Source: Anolis carolinensis
Lineage: Eukaryota
Assembly (NCBI RefSeq): GCF_035594765.1
Contig: NC_085845.1
Location: 159,480,897 to 159,544,896 of the forward strand
DNA: 64,000 nt
Direction of reading: 5' to 3'
Positions 51,906 to 64,000 of this stretch are shown one piece after another; position 1 is the first letter of the stretch, and every line of letters starts with the position of its first letter. The notes under the pieces are model-generated. The model did not search any database. It was not told the DNA's origin and saw only the letters and a list, made by a program, of their open reading frames with translations. A program made the translations under genes and the position numbers.

Positions 51906-52142
51906 TATATGTATTTCATCCTTCTTTGATTCTTCTGCCAACTGAACCATGATAGAAACCATGTAATCTCTTTTCCTGTGAGTAAAGTGCTACCATTTAT
52001 TTTGTCCTATTTGTATTACTTCTGTTGTGCATGAAGCTCTAGCACATAATTGTATTAATTATTTTTTAAATCAGAAAGGTTTACTGATAAATTTGTAATA
52101 TATCCCTGTAGTTGGCAACTAGTTCATTTAGGTGCTGCTGCC

Positions 52143-52330
52143 ATTGTGTTCTTTCAAGGGTTTTTCCCCCAACTTATGATGACCCTAAGGTGAACGTATC
52201 ACAGGGTTTTCCAAGGCTGGAAATGTGCGACTTACCCAAGGTCACTCAGTGGATTTTCATGGCCAAGCAGAGATTTCAATCCTGGTCTTCAGAGTCCTAG
52301 TTCAACACTTAAACCACTACGCTATGCTGG
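52143..52330 (-). mobile_element. tRNA-derived CORE-type SINE
   Basis: gacttacccaaggtcactcagtgg core, B-box remnant, aaaccactacgctatgctgg head. Confidence 0.7.
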
Positions 52331-53585
52331 ATTTTATATCCAGAGAAAGCAAGCTTTAAAACACCATAGATTTCTACATCAATATTTGAGCCAAACAACT
52401 ATCTGTGCACGAAAGAGTGGAACTCCATTACTAATTGTTTATAAATGTTAATTACTCAACATTTATAGTGAGCTTTATATGTATTGCATACATCCAGTGT
52501 TCATTTTTATTACATTGAAATTGGAACAAGATTGCAAAAAGCAAAAGCAAAATATTAAGTAATACAATGACTTAACTTGGACATGTCTGCTTTCCTCAAT
52601 TTCTACCTCTGAGAAAGGGATGAAGTTTTTGGCAGGTATTTTTGGCTACATAGTCAATGCAGAACCTTTTGCCAGATGTTTAGGGGGTTCCTATGGTAAT
52701 AAGCAAGTTTTAAATTTAAAAAGAATTTTAGTGGCATTAGTAGAGCAAAACCCCTTAACTTTCTTCCCAGTAAATTGTATGCAGTCATCCAGGTGGAGGC
52801 TGTGTAACTACCGAAGTGGAGTGAACATTTCCACTTATTACCTGTGTTGATTTTTAATATAATTTTGTGGTAATAACATAGTTTCAAATAATAATTTAGA
52901 GCAGCACTTAAATTTTATTTCATTCCCCTGTTTAAGGATATGCAGCTGCACCTTTACAGATGATGATGTAACATTTGTGTGAGGTTGGGAATTGTAACAC
53001 GGGAAGAAATCAAAGTCCATTGAACCAGCTGCCCAAGCAAATATATTATTGAACAATCTAATTTTTTTTACTGCTTGTCAATTAATTCAATGTTGAATTG
53101 ACTGACAAAGAGATGAATACAGATAGTTTTCCAACTCTCCCCACCTCAATTTCTCTCTGGGGTGAGAATTTATGAATTATTGGTTTTGTTTTTTGGAACA
53201 ACACCACTATTTCAGAAAGTTACCATTCTTTCATATTTTTGGATTTTTATTAGAAATAGCTGCATATGTCCCAGTTTGCCACAACTTTAATTTCTTTAAA
53301 AAAATTTTTGTCGTCTTCATTCTACCATATTGACCCCCCCAAATATTAGAAATACACACAGTGGACTGAGTAATAAAATATATTGTAGTCATCCTAAAAC
53401 TTGATGACCTGAAGAGAATGGCATATGTCCTCCATGTGCTTCAACATAGATAATCTATGACTGATTGGTTGGTTAGTTTGCAACTTATCAATAATTTGAA
53501 TAATTCTTATTGTTTCCATCAGTGGTCTGAAGGCACCATTTCTCACTTTATCCTCACAACAATCCTGTATGGTAAGTCAGTCTAT

Positions 53586-53913
53586 GGACCTCTTCACACA
53601 TGCCACTAGAATCACTATTTCCACAAATTGAGGTGACTCCAGCAATGCTCACTCCGTGTCCCACACCATCCTGGCTTCCCTGCTACCTCATCGCATGGGG
53701 GGAAATCCTCAGTAATCCAGCTAAACCCATTTTTCCCTATGGAAAGATGGGAAGCCTCCCATCGTGCACACCTGGCTTTTTTTTTTTACCAGTTTCTCCA
53801 CAGAGCCACCTTGAAAATACTTCCCTGGGGTATGATGGGAGCCATCAGGCTCTATGGCAAAACTGCCCCAAACCCATCACCACCACCGAAAAACGGCCCA
53901 TGTGAAGAAGTCT
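53586..53913. mobile_element. PIF/Harbinger-like MITE
   Basis: TIR ggacctcttcacacatg / catgtgaagaagtct. Confidence 0.6.
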
Positions 53914-55622
53914 TAGGACACTGTGTGTCTGTAAGCATACCTGCCAGCATTTCACAAATGAAAATCAGGACAGGTGTCATTAAATGACATCAGAGTGTGG
54001 TTGAAGAAGCCCTTTAAAAGTTCAGCATCTGATGTTGAGCATGACAGCAAAGATTTATCTGTGGCAGGAATGTCTATGCTAACAGACTAGTTCATTTTGA
54101 AAAACAAATCTAGGTACAGTAATTCACATTTCTCCAAATCCCTTTCTCTTTTTTATAAACATACTTTTGGATCCAGGTGTGTATTTTATGTCTTAGTACC
54201 ATATGAATGGTCTTAACTCCCATTAGCCCTGTAACTTGTTTCTTTCACTTGTATAACTTCATAGTAAATATTTGCAAGTGGTAGAAAAATGAGAATTTTC
54301 TTACAGGTTAAGGCAGTGTGACAGAACAGTGTAATCTCATTCCTTAGGGAAGCATGCAAGTCTTCAGTAGCACGTGAACAACAACATTTAATAGTCCATT
54401 TAGAAAATGTGAGAACGTTTATTTTTTTGTTTCTTCTTCATACTTCTCGACTAAATAATAGCTCTTCTTCTTAAAATAACCCTATTGGTATTACTTAGCT
54501 GAAATTTATTCGTTGCATTTTAGCTTTTAATGACCATAAAGAATTCTTCAAGGATCTCATTACCATGAACATCATATTTTGTTTCTCTGGTGGCTGCATG
54601 GATGATTGTTGCTGAACGCGCCTGCTGTGTGTGAAATTTTCAACTTACTTTAGTTCGACACATTGTAATTTTGAAGTTGGCTGATGGAAAGATTTTACTA
54701 AATGTCCACACAAAAAAAATATTAATTTTCAGATGTTGCTGTTCGTTTTTATTGTGGCCTCAAACTGTGGACATTCAGAAAAGTATATTTCCATGCCTGG
54801 AAATGAGTTAATGTGATTATTACCATCTGTATCAGCTTAGATGAGTTCCATATTTTGGATAATTTTATTATAAGATTGGACTTGCTTTCGAAACAGCATG
54901 CTAGCCCAAATCATGTTGGGATTTGTGTGCAGCTGTTAAGGTGCTAGTAATGAAAACCCATTTCCCCAGTTGCCATCAAGATGCAGATGCTCTGGAGACT
55001 GGACAGGTACTTGAGAAGAAGGAAAAGCATTAGAACTGTTGAAAATCCAGTTGGCAGACTAGTGAGAAGTTATACCTTCGTGGGAAAACCATAGAAAGAG
55101 CAAACGTATGTAGTTTATAAAACATGGCTGCATATTATTTTTCCTTCTATTAACTTCTATTTTTCTTTAAAATTTGCCTTTCATAATTGAACTAGAATCC
55201 TACTCACATCTCGAGCACGGAGTGACAGAATATAAAGTTTTACTGACTTGGAAGTATGCCACAATATCCCTTCTCTCAACCTTTAAGACATGCATGTCCC
55301 TTGGAGCCACACTGACACAATCATGGAGAGCAAAGAAGAAGTATCTAACTATGTACTTATAATAACTGTACCCACAATGAAAAATGCATATTCTAGGAAC
55401 TGTCTGAAGTCTTGATGTCTCAGAAGATATTATTTGGTTATAGCGACAGAACAGGATGCTTCTCTTCTGCCCCATTCTCCTCTTCACTGGCCACTAAATA
55501 GCAGAGTTAGAAGGTAGAAGACACAGGTCAGTATTGAGCAGCTTGGGGGATATGAAGCCAGAGAGGGGTTAAATCCCTCCCTCCACAATTACCCCCATCC
55601 CAAATGATACTAACAGGATGCT

Positions 55623-55627
<5 letters not shown>

Positions 55628-55680
<53 letters not shown>
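55628..55680. repeat. (CA)n microsatellite
   Basis: Directly visible, about 26 units. Confidence 0.98.
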
Positions 55681-55682
<2 letters not shown>

Positions 55683-55691
55683 CTCCAGGCC

Positions 55692-56197
55692 AGGCTGTGG
55701 CACAGCTGGTTAGTAGCCAGCAGCAATAAATCACCACTGACAGAGAGGTTGCTGGTTCGAAGCCCGGGTTGGGGTTAAGCTCCTGACCATTAACAGCCTA
55801 GCTTGCTGCCCACCTAAGCAGCTTGAAAACAACTGTGTCTGTAAAGTAGATAATTCTAGGTACCGCTTAATTCAGAGAGGCTAAATTAATTTAATTTATG
55901 ACACCATAAAACTGCCGGCAGCATGCAAAGAACATGAGGAAGTACTACCTTCAAAAAGGACTCGGTGTCACAGTGGATGATGAAGCAGCAGCTCCCATGG
56001 CCAGAATCGAGCATATCCTCATGAAGCCAGAAGCTGGAGAATGTTAAATAGCCTCTACTGTCTGTCTGTATATGTGATCTGTTCTGTTCTGTCCTGTCCT
56101 GTCTGTCCAAACTACATTGAATGTTTGACATTTATGTGTACTTTGATCTGCCCTGAGTCTTCTTGGGGAGATAGGACAGAATATAAATAAAGTGTTG

Positions 56198-56252
<55 letters not shown>
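55692..56252 (+). mobile_element. Full-length AnolisSINE2-like SINE with (TTA)n tail
   Basis: A box tggcacagctgg, B box ggttcgaagcc, L2-type tail gccctgagtc..gaatataaataaag, then (TTA)n. Confidence 0.88.
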
Positions 56253-56255
<3 letters not shown>

Positions 56256-56731
56256 CCTCCTCTTCTTCCTGTCCATGCATGTGTGGGAAATTGAAAGAAT
56301 ATACACCATTATTTGTTCCCCACATCTAAACAAAAAATTGGTCTTTTTGAAGAGTAACAAAGATTCAATAATTTTGCTAGTTTCATCTTAATCAGAACTG
56401 AATAAATTCTTAGTTTACATTGCTATAGCAGGCATAGAAAGCATGCGACCCTATAGGGGTTATTATCTGCAGCTCTTATGGCCCTAACTATCAAGCCAAC
56501 AGGGGAGAAAGATGCATAGTCCAGCAACATGTGCGAGGCAACATATTTTCCATTCATTGCTACAAGATAGCACTTCAGCTACATCATAGGCCTCATTCTG
56601 ATAACTTCAGAGCTCTTCATTGAAAGAATTAGTCCTGCAAGTACTTCATATTACTTTCCTATGAAATTGCCAAGAAAGTAGAATGTGGTCACAAGGATCT
56701 AAATTTCTGATTATTTCAGTTCCATATTTGA

Positions 56732-57054
56732 GGTGGCGCAGTGAGTTAAACTACTGAGCTGCTGAACTTGTTGACTGAAAGATTGGCGGTTTGAATCGGG
56801 GAGTGGGGTGAGCGCCTGCTGTAAGCCCCAGCTTCTACCAATCTAGCAGTTCGAAAACATGTAAATGTGAATAGATCAATAGGTACCACTCTGGTGGGAA
56901 GGTAACGGTGCTCTATGCAGTCATGCTGGCCACATGACTTTGGAGGTGTCTACCAATAACGCCGGCTCTTCAGCTTAGAAATGGAGAGAAGTACCAACCC
57001 CTAGAGTCAGACATGACTAGACTCAATGTCAGGGGAACACCTTTACCTTTACCT
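56732..57054 (+). mobile_element. Sauria SINE
   Basis: Head ggtggcgcagtgagttaaa; tail acctttacctttacct. Confidence 0.95.
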
Positions 57055-57271
57055 ACTTAAGAAAAGGCATTTAAAGTGGGGAAAGACATGTAAAAGGGTG
57101 TTACAGTTGTATTGGTCTGTTAAAGAGGAGCAATTCAAAGAAAAGAGGGGAAGATCCCATTGAAAGGAATATTTTAAAACTGTAACATGAGAGGAGACAT
57201 CGCGAGGCCATGTGATGGGAATTTAAGTGAATGGTTGGATTAGAAATTGGAGGAGATGATACTGTGTGATA

Positions 57272-57601
57272 AAAAGGTAAAGGTTTTCCCCTGACTTAAT
57301 GTCCAGTCGTGCCCGACTCTGGGGGTTGGTGCTCATCTCCATTTCTAAGCCGAAGAGCCAGCGTTGTCCGTAGACACCTCCAAGGTCATGTGGCCAGTAT
57401 GACTGCATGGAGCGCCGTTACCTTCCCGCCAGAGTGGTACCTATTGATCTACTCACATTTGCATGTTTTCGAACTGCTAGGTTGGCAGAAGCTCGGGCTA
57501 ACAACGGGTGCTCACTCTGCTCCCCGGATTCGAACCCATGACCTTTCAGTCTGCAAGTTCAGCAACTCAGCACTTTAACATGTTGCGCCACCAGGGGCTC
57601 C
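57272..57601 (-). mobile_element. Sauria SINE, young
   Basis: Full length, CpG-rich; TSD tgtgtgata at 57263-57271 and 57602-57610. Confidence 0.96.
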
Positions 57602-58759
57602 TGTGTGATAGAGTTGAGTAAATTCCTTGTCTTCTTTAAAGACAGAACTTCATGAAATACCACACAAAGAAGATGATTTCCCCCCTGCCCAAATGAGATG
57701 AGGTCCTGGGTCAGTGAGCCCCAAAGCCCATGTAACATCAGAATCAAGGCTTTAGTCTCTTTCCTACAATAAATCAGGGTTTTTTTTTCTTTTTGTTCTA
57801 CTCTTTCTGATATTTGCTTTTCCACTGGGAGACCTGATGAAATTTAGCAATTCTCCCCATCTTCAGCCTGCACTGGGAGCTGCCCACCCTAACAGTTAAT
57901 GAGGCTGAATACTTCACTAATCTAAAATCTTCATCACATTAGTTGAACTATTTTCATTTACAGCTTTTGGTTACTAAAAAAGCGAAGGGAAAACCTCATG
58001 TTTATTTTTTTAAATAGAAGTAAAGTATGGCTTAAAGGAGATATGTACAAAATGCTAAAATGTTTATTTTATTAGTGTGAAGTTTTCCCTTGTCCAGTAA
58101 ATGGTTTAAGAGTTTCTGGAACAGAAAATTTGATTCTATATATGCACCTGAAGGAGGCCAGAAGAGTATGCACAAGTTGGACATTACTACTACGTAAAAC
58201 CACTGGTTGTGATGTGGCATCATCAGATGTAGCTGTGACAGCTCTGTTGTCAAAGCTATACTTTCCAGTTTGGTCCTTCACTCAACCTGCCTTAGAAACT
58301 TGGCATCTGTGCCAACATGAAGAGTTTGGAGGTGTTGGATAGTAGGATGCTTGAATGATGATGTGTCCAGCTCCCACACACAGTGGGAAATGGTGCAAAA
58401 AGCAGCAGTAAAGACCCTTATGGTGCCTTGTCACAACTACTTTTTAAACCATGTCTTACTAGCCAATGGGGAGGGATGTGTTATCTTTCAGCACCACCAT
58501 TTTCCAGTGCCTAAGAACTTATTGGGTTGGCATGGCTTCTTGGTTTTTATGATGGGGTAGGGGACATTTGTGGCCATGGCAATGATTGCACAACTTTATC
58601 CATGGCTTATAAAATCATAAATACTAAACAGGATGCCAGCCTTGCATTTTTGAGCATCTTGAGATACATCTCTTAGTTTTTCTGTGAATTTCATTGGATG
58701 CTCTAGTCATCTACTTCAACCCCTGTGTTTACAACATTCATTCTGTGTACTTTGCCCAG

Positions 58760-58949
58760 TTCATTTTTATGACTTGTACTCTGGTATCTACATTATGTTT
58801 AACTATATTATGGTCACCATTTTAATTTACTATGCTAATTGTGTATAATTTTGTATTTTTATGTTGATGTTTTTCTATTGTGTTTATTGTAACTACCCAG
58901 GCTTGGCCCCATGTAAGCCTCCCCGAGTCTCTTCGGGGAGATGGAGGCA
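58760..58949 (+). mobile_element. L2-type 3' tail running into the gap
   Basis: ggcttggccccatgtaagcctccccgagtc matches 42650-42680. Confidence 0.6.
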
Positions 58950-59085
58950 NNNNNNNNNNNNNNNNNNNNNNNNNNNNNNNNNNNNNNNNNNNNNNNNNNN
59001 NNNNNNNNNNNNNNNNNNNNNNNNNNNNNNNNNNNNNNNNNNNNNNNNNNNNNNNNNNNNNNNNNNNNNNNNNNNNNNNNNNNNN
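58950..59085. other. Assembly gap (136 N)
   Basis: Run of n. Confidence 1.
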
Positions 59086-59387
59086 TCTGTTAAAGGAGGA
59101 ATAATAATAAAAGTGCTGTTTTTGACCTTACATGGCACTATACAGCTTTGGTCCAGATTATATGAATGACTGTATCCCTTTCTATGAACCTGGCAGACAT
59201 CTGCAATCAATTGGGGAAAGTCTTCTTCTTTCTGTCCCACCACCCGCTCAAGTGTGTTTGGTGGGAACACAGGTGAGGGCCTTTTTGATGGCTGCTCCTA
59301 GACTGCGAAACTCACTCTCAAGAGAGAGCAAGATGGCCCTATCCCTACTGGCCTTCCATAAGCAGGTAAAGTCTTTTCTATTTTCAA

Positions 59388-59570
59388 AGGCTTTTACAGC
59401 CAGAATCACTGGGGTGTTGTGTGATTTTTGGCCTGTATGCATTCTCGTAGAAGCATTTTCTCGTGATGTTTCGCCTCCATCTGTGGCTGGCATTTTCAGA
59501 GGTTCTGGTAGTAGTAAGGCAAGTAGAGTATATATTCCTGTGGAATGTCCAGGCCGGGAGAAAAGAACCA
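59388..59570 (-). mobile_element. Penelope-like element terminal (pLTR) fragment
   Basis: Minus strand cctctgaaaatgccagccacagatggaggcgaaacatcacgagaaaatgcttct..cagtgattctggctgtaaaagcctt resembles lizard Penelope ends. Confidence 0.7.
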
Positions 59571-59573
59571 TAG

Positions 59574-59700
59574 ATGCCGGCCACATGACCTGGAGATGTC
59601 TATAGACAATGTCGGCTCTTCGGCTTAGAAATGGAGATGAGCACCAACCCCCAGAGTTGGTCACGACTGGACTTAAAGTCAGGGGAAACCTTTACCTTTT
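59574..59700 (+). mobile_element. 3' half of a Sauria SINE
   Basis: atgccggccacatgacc..gcttagaaatggagatgagcaccaacccccagag..aggggaaacctttaccttt. Confidence 0.92.
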
Positions 59701-59853
59701 TATTATATTTTAACTGTATTTTAACTTATACATTACTATTTTATTGTTTATTATTGTTTGTATTTACATTGTTTTAAACTGTGACCAGATTGTTGTTTGG
59801 TTGTTAGCTGTCTTGAGTCCCCACGGGAAGAAAGGCAGGGTATAAATGATGTC

Positions 59854-59905
<52 letters not shown>

Positions 59906-59956
59906 TGTTGAAGATACTCTTGTCCTCAGGAATATATGAAAAGACCTTTAAACATC

Positions 59957-60628
59957 TATTTATTTATTTTATTTATTTACAATACAGTAGAGTCTCACTT
60001 ATCCAACACTCGCTTATCCAACGTTCTGGATTATCCAACACATTTTTGTAGTCAATGTTTTCAATATATCATGATATTTTGGTGCTAAATTCGTAAATAC
60101 AGTAATTACTACATAGCATTACTGCCTATTGAACTACTTTTTCAGCCAGATTTGTTGTATAACATGATGTTTTGGTGCTTAATTTGTAAAATCATCACCT
60201 AATTTGATGTTTAATAGGCTTCTCCTTAATCTCTCCTTATTATCCAACATATTCACTTATCCAACGTTCTGCCGGCCCGTTTATGTTGGATAAGTGAGAC
60301 TCTACTGTATTTATATTCCGCCTTTCTCACCCCAAAGGGGACTCAGGGCAGATCACAATGTACACATACAAGGGAAACATTCAATGCCATATGAACATAG
60401 AGACAGAGACAGTGACAGACACAAAGACAATTTAACCTTCACCAGCTTCCAGCTTCCTAAGGGTATGCTCGATTCCGGCTAAAGGGGGAGCAGCTGCTTC
60501 ATCATCTACTGTGATGCCGACTTCCTCATTCCAAACACTGCTGGATATTTTTATGGTGTCATAAATTAGTTAAATTAGCCTCCCCACATAGTGGTACCTA
60601 AATTTCCTACTTGATAGATGCAACTATC
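59957..60628 (-). mobile_element. AnolisSINE2-like SINE (5' truncated) split by a mariner MITE
   Basis: The tail tatttatttacaata|tttatattccgcctttctcacccc rejoins across the MITE; the body is the reverse complement of 55850-56170. Confidence 0.85.
59985..60307. mobile_element. Tc1/mariner MITE
   Basis: Perfect TIR cagtagagtctcacttatccaaca / tgttggataagtgagactctactg; TA TSD. Confidence 0.95.
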
Positions 60629-62104
60629 AATATTTTATTGGATCCAGGGAGAAAGGTGGTAAGCTGATATAAATATTACTCAACAGTTAAGCCAAATGTG
60701 TAAGAATTCCATTTTGCAATTGATCAGGTCTGGGGTTTTTGTTGTTGTTCCACTGTAAAGTGCCATATTTTCACTGTAATTTCCACTTTTTATTACCCCA
60801 AAATTATGATAATTAAAAGTTGTCATTTAATGAGGTAACAATGAAACATCTGTGATCTAGAGTGTGGAATAATGAGAGGTTAGTGAAAAGATATCTATGA
60901 ATATTTAACAATATTTTAGGCTTGAAAACCCTGTTATAGCAAGATCCCATTTCCACTTTTAGAGATAAGTTTATCAAATGTGTAGAGCCAGTATTCAAAG
61001 AAAGTGAAAATATACATTATAATGAATGGTAAGATTTTGCACATCCATAAAGATAGACACAATAGAAAGTGATGTTATGTGAATTTATTAACTTTTTTTA
61101 AAAAAATGTTGGAAAAAGAGTAAGCCTGATTTCAAAATCAGTTAGGAACTGAATCTATACAATGCAGAGGACCGTGAAGGGGAAAATATTTGACATAGAG
61201 AAATCTGTCCAAGAAGATAAATGACATGTTTGGCAGAGTATGCACTATATAACATTAACAATAACTATGTCTGTCACACACCCAAATCCACTGCAAGCTG
61301 TCTTGCCATCTTACATAAGCTTATATATAGGGTGGCAAATCATTTTTAAAGCAGATAGAGACACATGGGAGATTTTCTCTTTTTGGTTTCAAAACAAAGA
61401 ACATATGGGAGACTTTATGGATTATAAACCTTGTTTCCCCTGTAGAGATGACACGAAGGCATTCAGAGGGGATTTGTGGCATCTTTATCTTCTTGACACA
61501 AATGTAATTCAGTTCAGCCTTGAAAAAACTATAACTTTGGCCTGCTGCCTGTTGTACTTATGGGGGTTATATTAAGGTCGTTATGAATACTCCAGAGCTG
61601 AGCATTTGCTGACATTGAACAGTGCCAGGATCTTCAGTTTTCGTCTCTCTTTTTCATGCTATCATGATTATTAGTTACAAGTTGGTTTATTACGTTAGTT
61701 TGAAAACTCTACAATGATCTAAGGAGCTGGGGAAAAGTTGTTTGTTTTGTTTTGTTTTTTTGGACTAGGGCTCTTGCCATGCACCTTTTTGAATTCTGGA
61801 ATTTGTAGTCTTAAAAAAAGTTTTTCATGCTCTGATTAATTTAGCAAGAGTGGTAAAATTGATTTCTTGAAATTTGACAAGAGAAAGAAAACCAAGGAAG
61901 CAGGATTGTTGCGTAACAGATTGTCATCATAATAAAATTATAATCAGTTTGTGAACTTGCATCTCAAGAAGGAAATCTTTATTAACAACAGAGGTGATCA
62001 GTGGGATAACAGAACTTCTACATTTCTTTTATTAGTATGAGTTATGTTTATAGTCTGCCTTTCGCACAATAATCCAAGGTGGAGTAGGTATTCTTGCTGT
62101 CCAT

Positions 62105-62865
62105 TGCACAAAATGGTAAAGTAAGTTATGAGGGGGTGAGCTTGTTTTCTACTGCTCTAGAGATGGGGGCATGAAACAATGGAAACAAATTGTAGAAAAA
62201 GAGATTCCACCTAAACATTAGGAATCACTTCCTGATGGTAAGAGCTGTTTGGCAATGGTATATGATACCTTGGAGTGTGGTGGAGTGTCCTTCTCTGGAG
62301 AATTTAAAGCAGAAGCTAGATGGCCATCTGTCAGGATGCTTTGATTAGGTGTCTCTATATCAGTGGTTCCCACTTGACCAGGGCCCACTTTGACCAAAGA
62401 TCACTTGACCAGGGACCACTTTGACCAGGAACCACTTTGACCAGGGACCACTCTCCAACATTAGCACCAAAAGAGTTACAAATCAGTTTAGTCAACTTTA
62501 GATTCAGTTTGGTTATTTGGGATGCTGATTCAGAAAATTGCATTGAATAGACAACATCAGCTCTGGTTTCTGATGCAGAACATATGCCATCCAGTAGTCA
62601 TCATCTGCTCGTCCACAGAAAACCATATTGAATAATCTAGAGCTGATGTGGTCTATCCAATGCAATGGTCAGCTCTGTGGAAAAGAGCAGGAATAAACTT
62701 AATAAAATAAAATAAAGGAGAAGGATATTCGCAGACTGGATTTTTGTTCTCGAGGCCCACTGCTGGGCAGCGGCCCACAGGTTGAGAACCACTGCCCTTT
62801 ATGGAAGGGGGTTGGACTGGGTGGCCTTTGTGTTCTCTTCCAATTCTATGATTCTATGATTCTAC
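62105..62865 (+). mobile_element. Older CR1 3' fragment split by a hAT MITE
   Basis: Homologous to 35750-36098; attctatgattctatgattcta tail. Confidence 0.88.
62361..62794. mobile_element. hAT MITE with a subterminal tandem repeat
   Basis: TIR cagtggttcc / gagaaccactg; TSD ctctatat / ccctttat; about five ttgaccagggaccact units at 62374-62452. Confidence 0.85.
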
Positions 62866-63101
62866 TGTTTGCTCTATACCCATTTGGGGTGTTCTCTCTT
62901 GATAAACTCTGGATTTCAAGAACATTGACTTTCTCCCACAAGTAACTCAGTTCACAGCCCTCCTGATCAGGTTTGTGAGAATCCTAGCAAAAATGTTCCT
63001 GCTAACTTCTGTGAGGAGCAACCTATCCCTTGCCCAACTTCATTAAGGCTAGCTGGGTTTAAAGAGCATATTTCTAGATATTTTCTAGCTCTTTGCATAT
63101 A

Positions 63102-63491
63102 CGGTCACCGAGTTACAAACATCTGACTGACAAATGATTCATAGTTCCGAATGGGGGTGAGATGACAGGAAGTGAGAGAAATCTATCCCTAGGAAAGGAA
63201 ATTCATTCCTGAAAGAGTTATCGTGAAAAAAAGGCGTCTCCTATGAAGCTTTATCAGCAATCCATGCTTTTACAAGAAGCCATTTTTTTCAAAATCCAAT
63301 TATCACAGGGACAGAAAGTGAGGTAAAATCTTCTGAACAGGGGCTCAGACAGCAAAACAAACACCACAGGGGTATTAACCCTTTCTTATGCTTCCCAAAG
63401 CTTAAGAATAATTTTTTTGGCTGAAGTTACAGTTAAAAATGTACCTATTCAGACAAATTCAACTTAAGAATTCATAACTTGGGACTGCCTG
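63102..63491. mobile_element. Tigger-like MITE
   Basis: Left TA|cggtcaccgagttacaaac; right ataacttgggactgcctg|TA. Confidence 0.75.
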
Positions 63492-64000
63492 TAAATGAAA
63501 ATGCATTCAACAAGCTCATGTAATAAGTGAACCTGTTGTATTTCCATGGACAGGATACAGTGGGTGGGTATACAAAATGTTTTCAAATGTTAAATTTTGC
63601 CCAGTGATATTATTGATGTCAACAGTGGATTCGCACTGACAGATGTAAAGGACTGTGGTGAATCAGAACCTAAACATCTTTCATCATTACAAAGCCCTGT
63701 CTCACTGATGGTGAACAGAACATCCATGCTAAACTCACATTGTACGCTGTTTAGCTTGGACTTTCTTAATCATTAGGGTCTGATGTTAAAGACACTTAAC
63801 ATGGGAGGGGGCTTTAAAATATGCTTTTGGCCCAACTTCAAAAGCTCCCTGGTGAAAAATATCTGGTTTGGTTGGTTTTGGATTTGAGTCAAACTTTAGA
63901 TGTTATGACTATGCTTTCAGCACCTTTGACAATAATAATATGTAGCAGGCAGGCGGGAATTTATTTGAAGTTCACCAGGCCAAGAACTGAAATTGCTGTG

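Larger units (their letters stand above)
59105..59902 (+). mobile_element. L2 3' fragment interrupted by Penelope and Sauria SINE pieces, with a (TAT)n tail
   Basis: ALYSFGPDYM..LLLSVPP..RAFLMAAPRLRNSL..VKSFLFSKAF; the L2 UTR and tail resume at ~59701. Confidence 0.8.

Noticed and set aside
55692-55775. tRNA gene
   Set aside because: The A/B boxes belong to a SINE head; no cloverleaf.
58861-59270. ORFs containing X runs
   Set aside because: Artefacts of the N gap.
62374-62452. Short direct repeats that look superficially CRISPR-like
   Set aside because: Head-to-tail units with no unique spacers, inside a hAT MITE in a vertebrate genome.

Overview
AT-rich, CpG-depleted vertebrate genomic DNA. 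The repeat content (Sauria SINE, AnolisSINE2-like, 5S-derived SINE, CR1, L1, L2, RTE, R4/Dong, Penelope, Helitron, hAT, Tc1/Tigger and Harbinger MITEs) points to a squamate, most likely an anole lizard (inference from repeats). No intact cellular protein-coding gene is recognisable. The only long ORFs belong to a young 5'-truncated CR1 LINE (33344-36094) and a decayed L1 (7279-9593). The most structured region is 30753-36110: a ~630-bp host element built almost entirely of hairpins received three separate retroelement insertions, each with its own TSD. These are a solo LTR with unusual TATTG..CAATA ends (itself carrying a SINE), an L2 and the CR1. TE-poor blocks contain several phase-compatible minus-strand splice-site pairs (about 45.5, 37.8, 23.4 and 18.2 kb) that may be the alternatively spliced 3' end of an unidentified gene; this is inference only. 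One assembly gap lies at 58950-59085. Family names were assigned by eye from recalled consensus features, not by database search.
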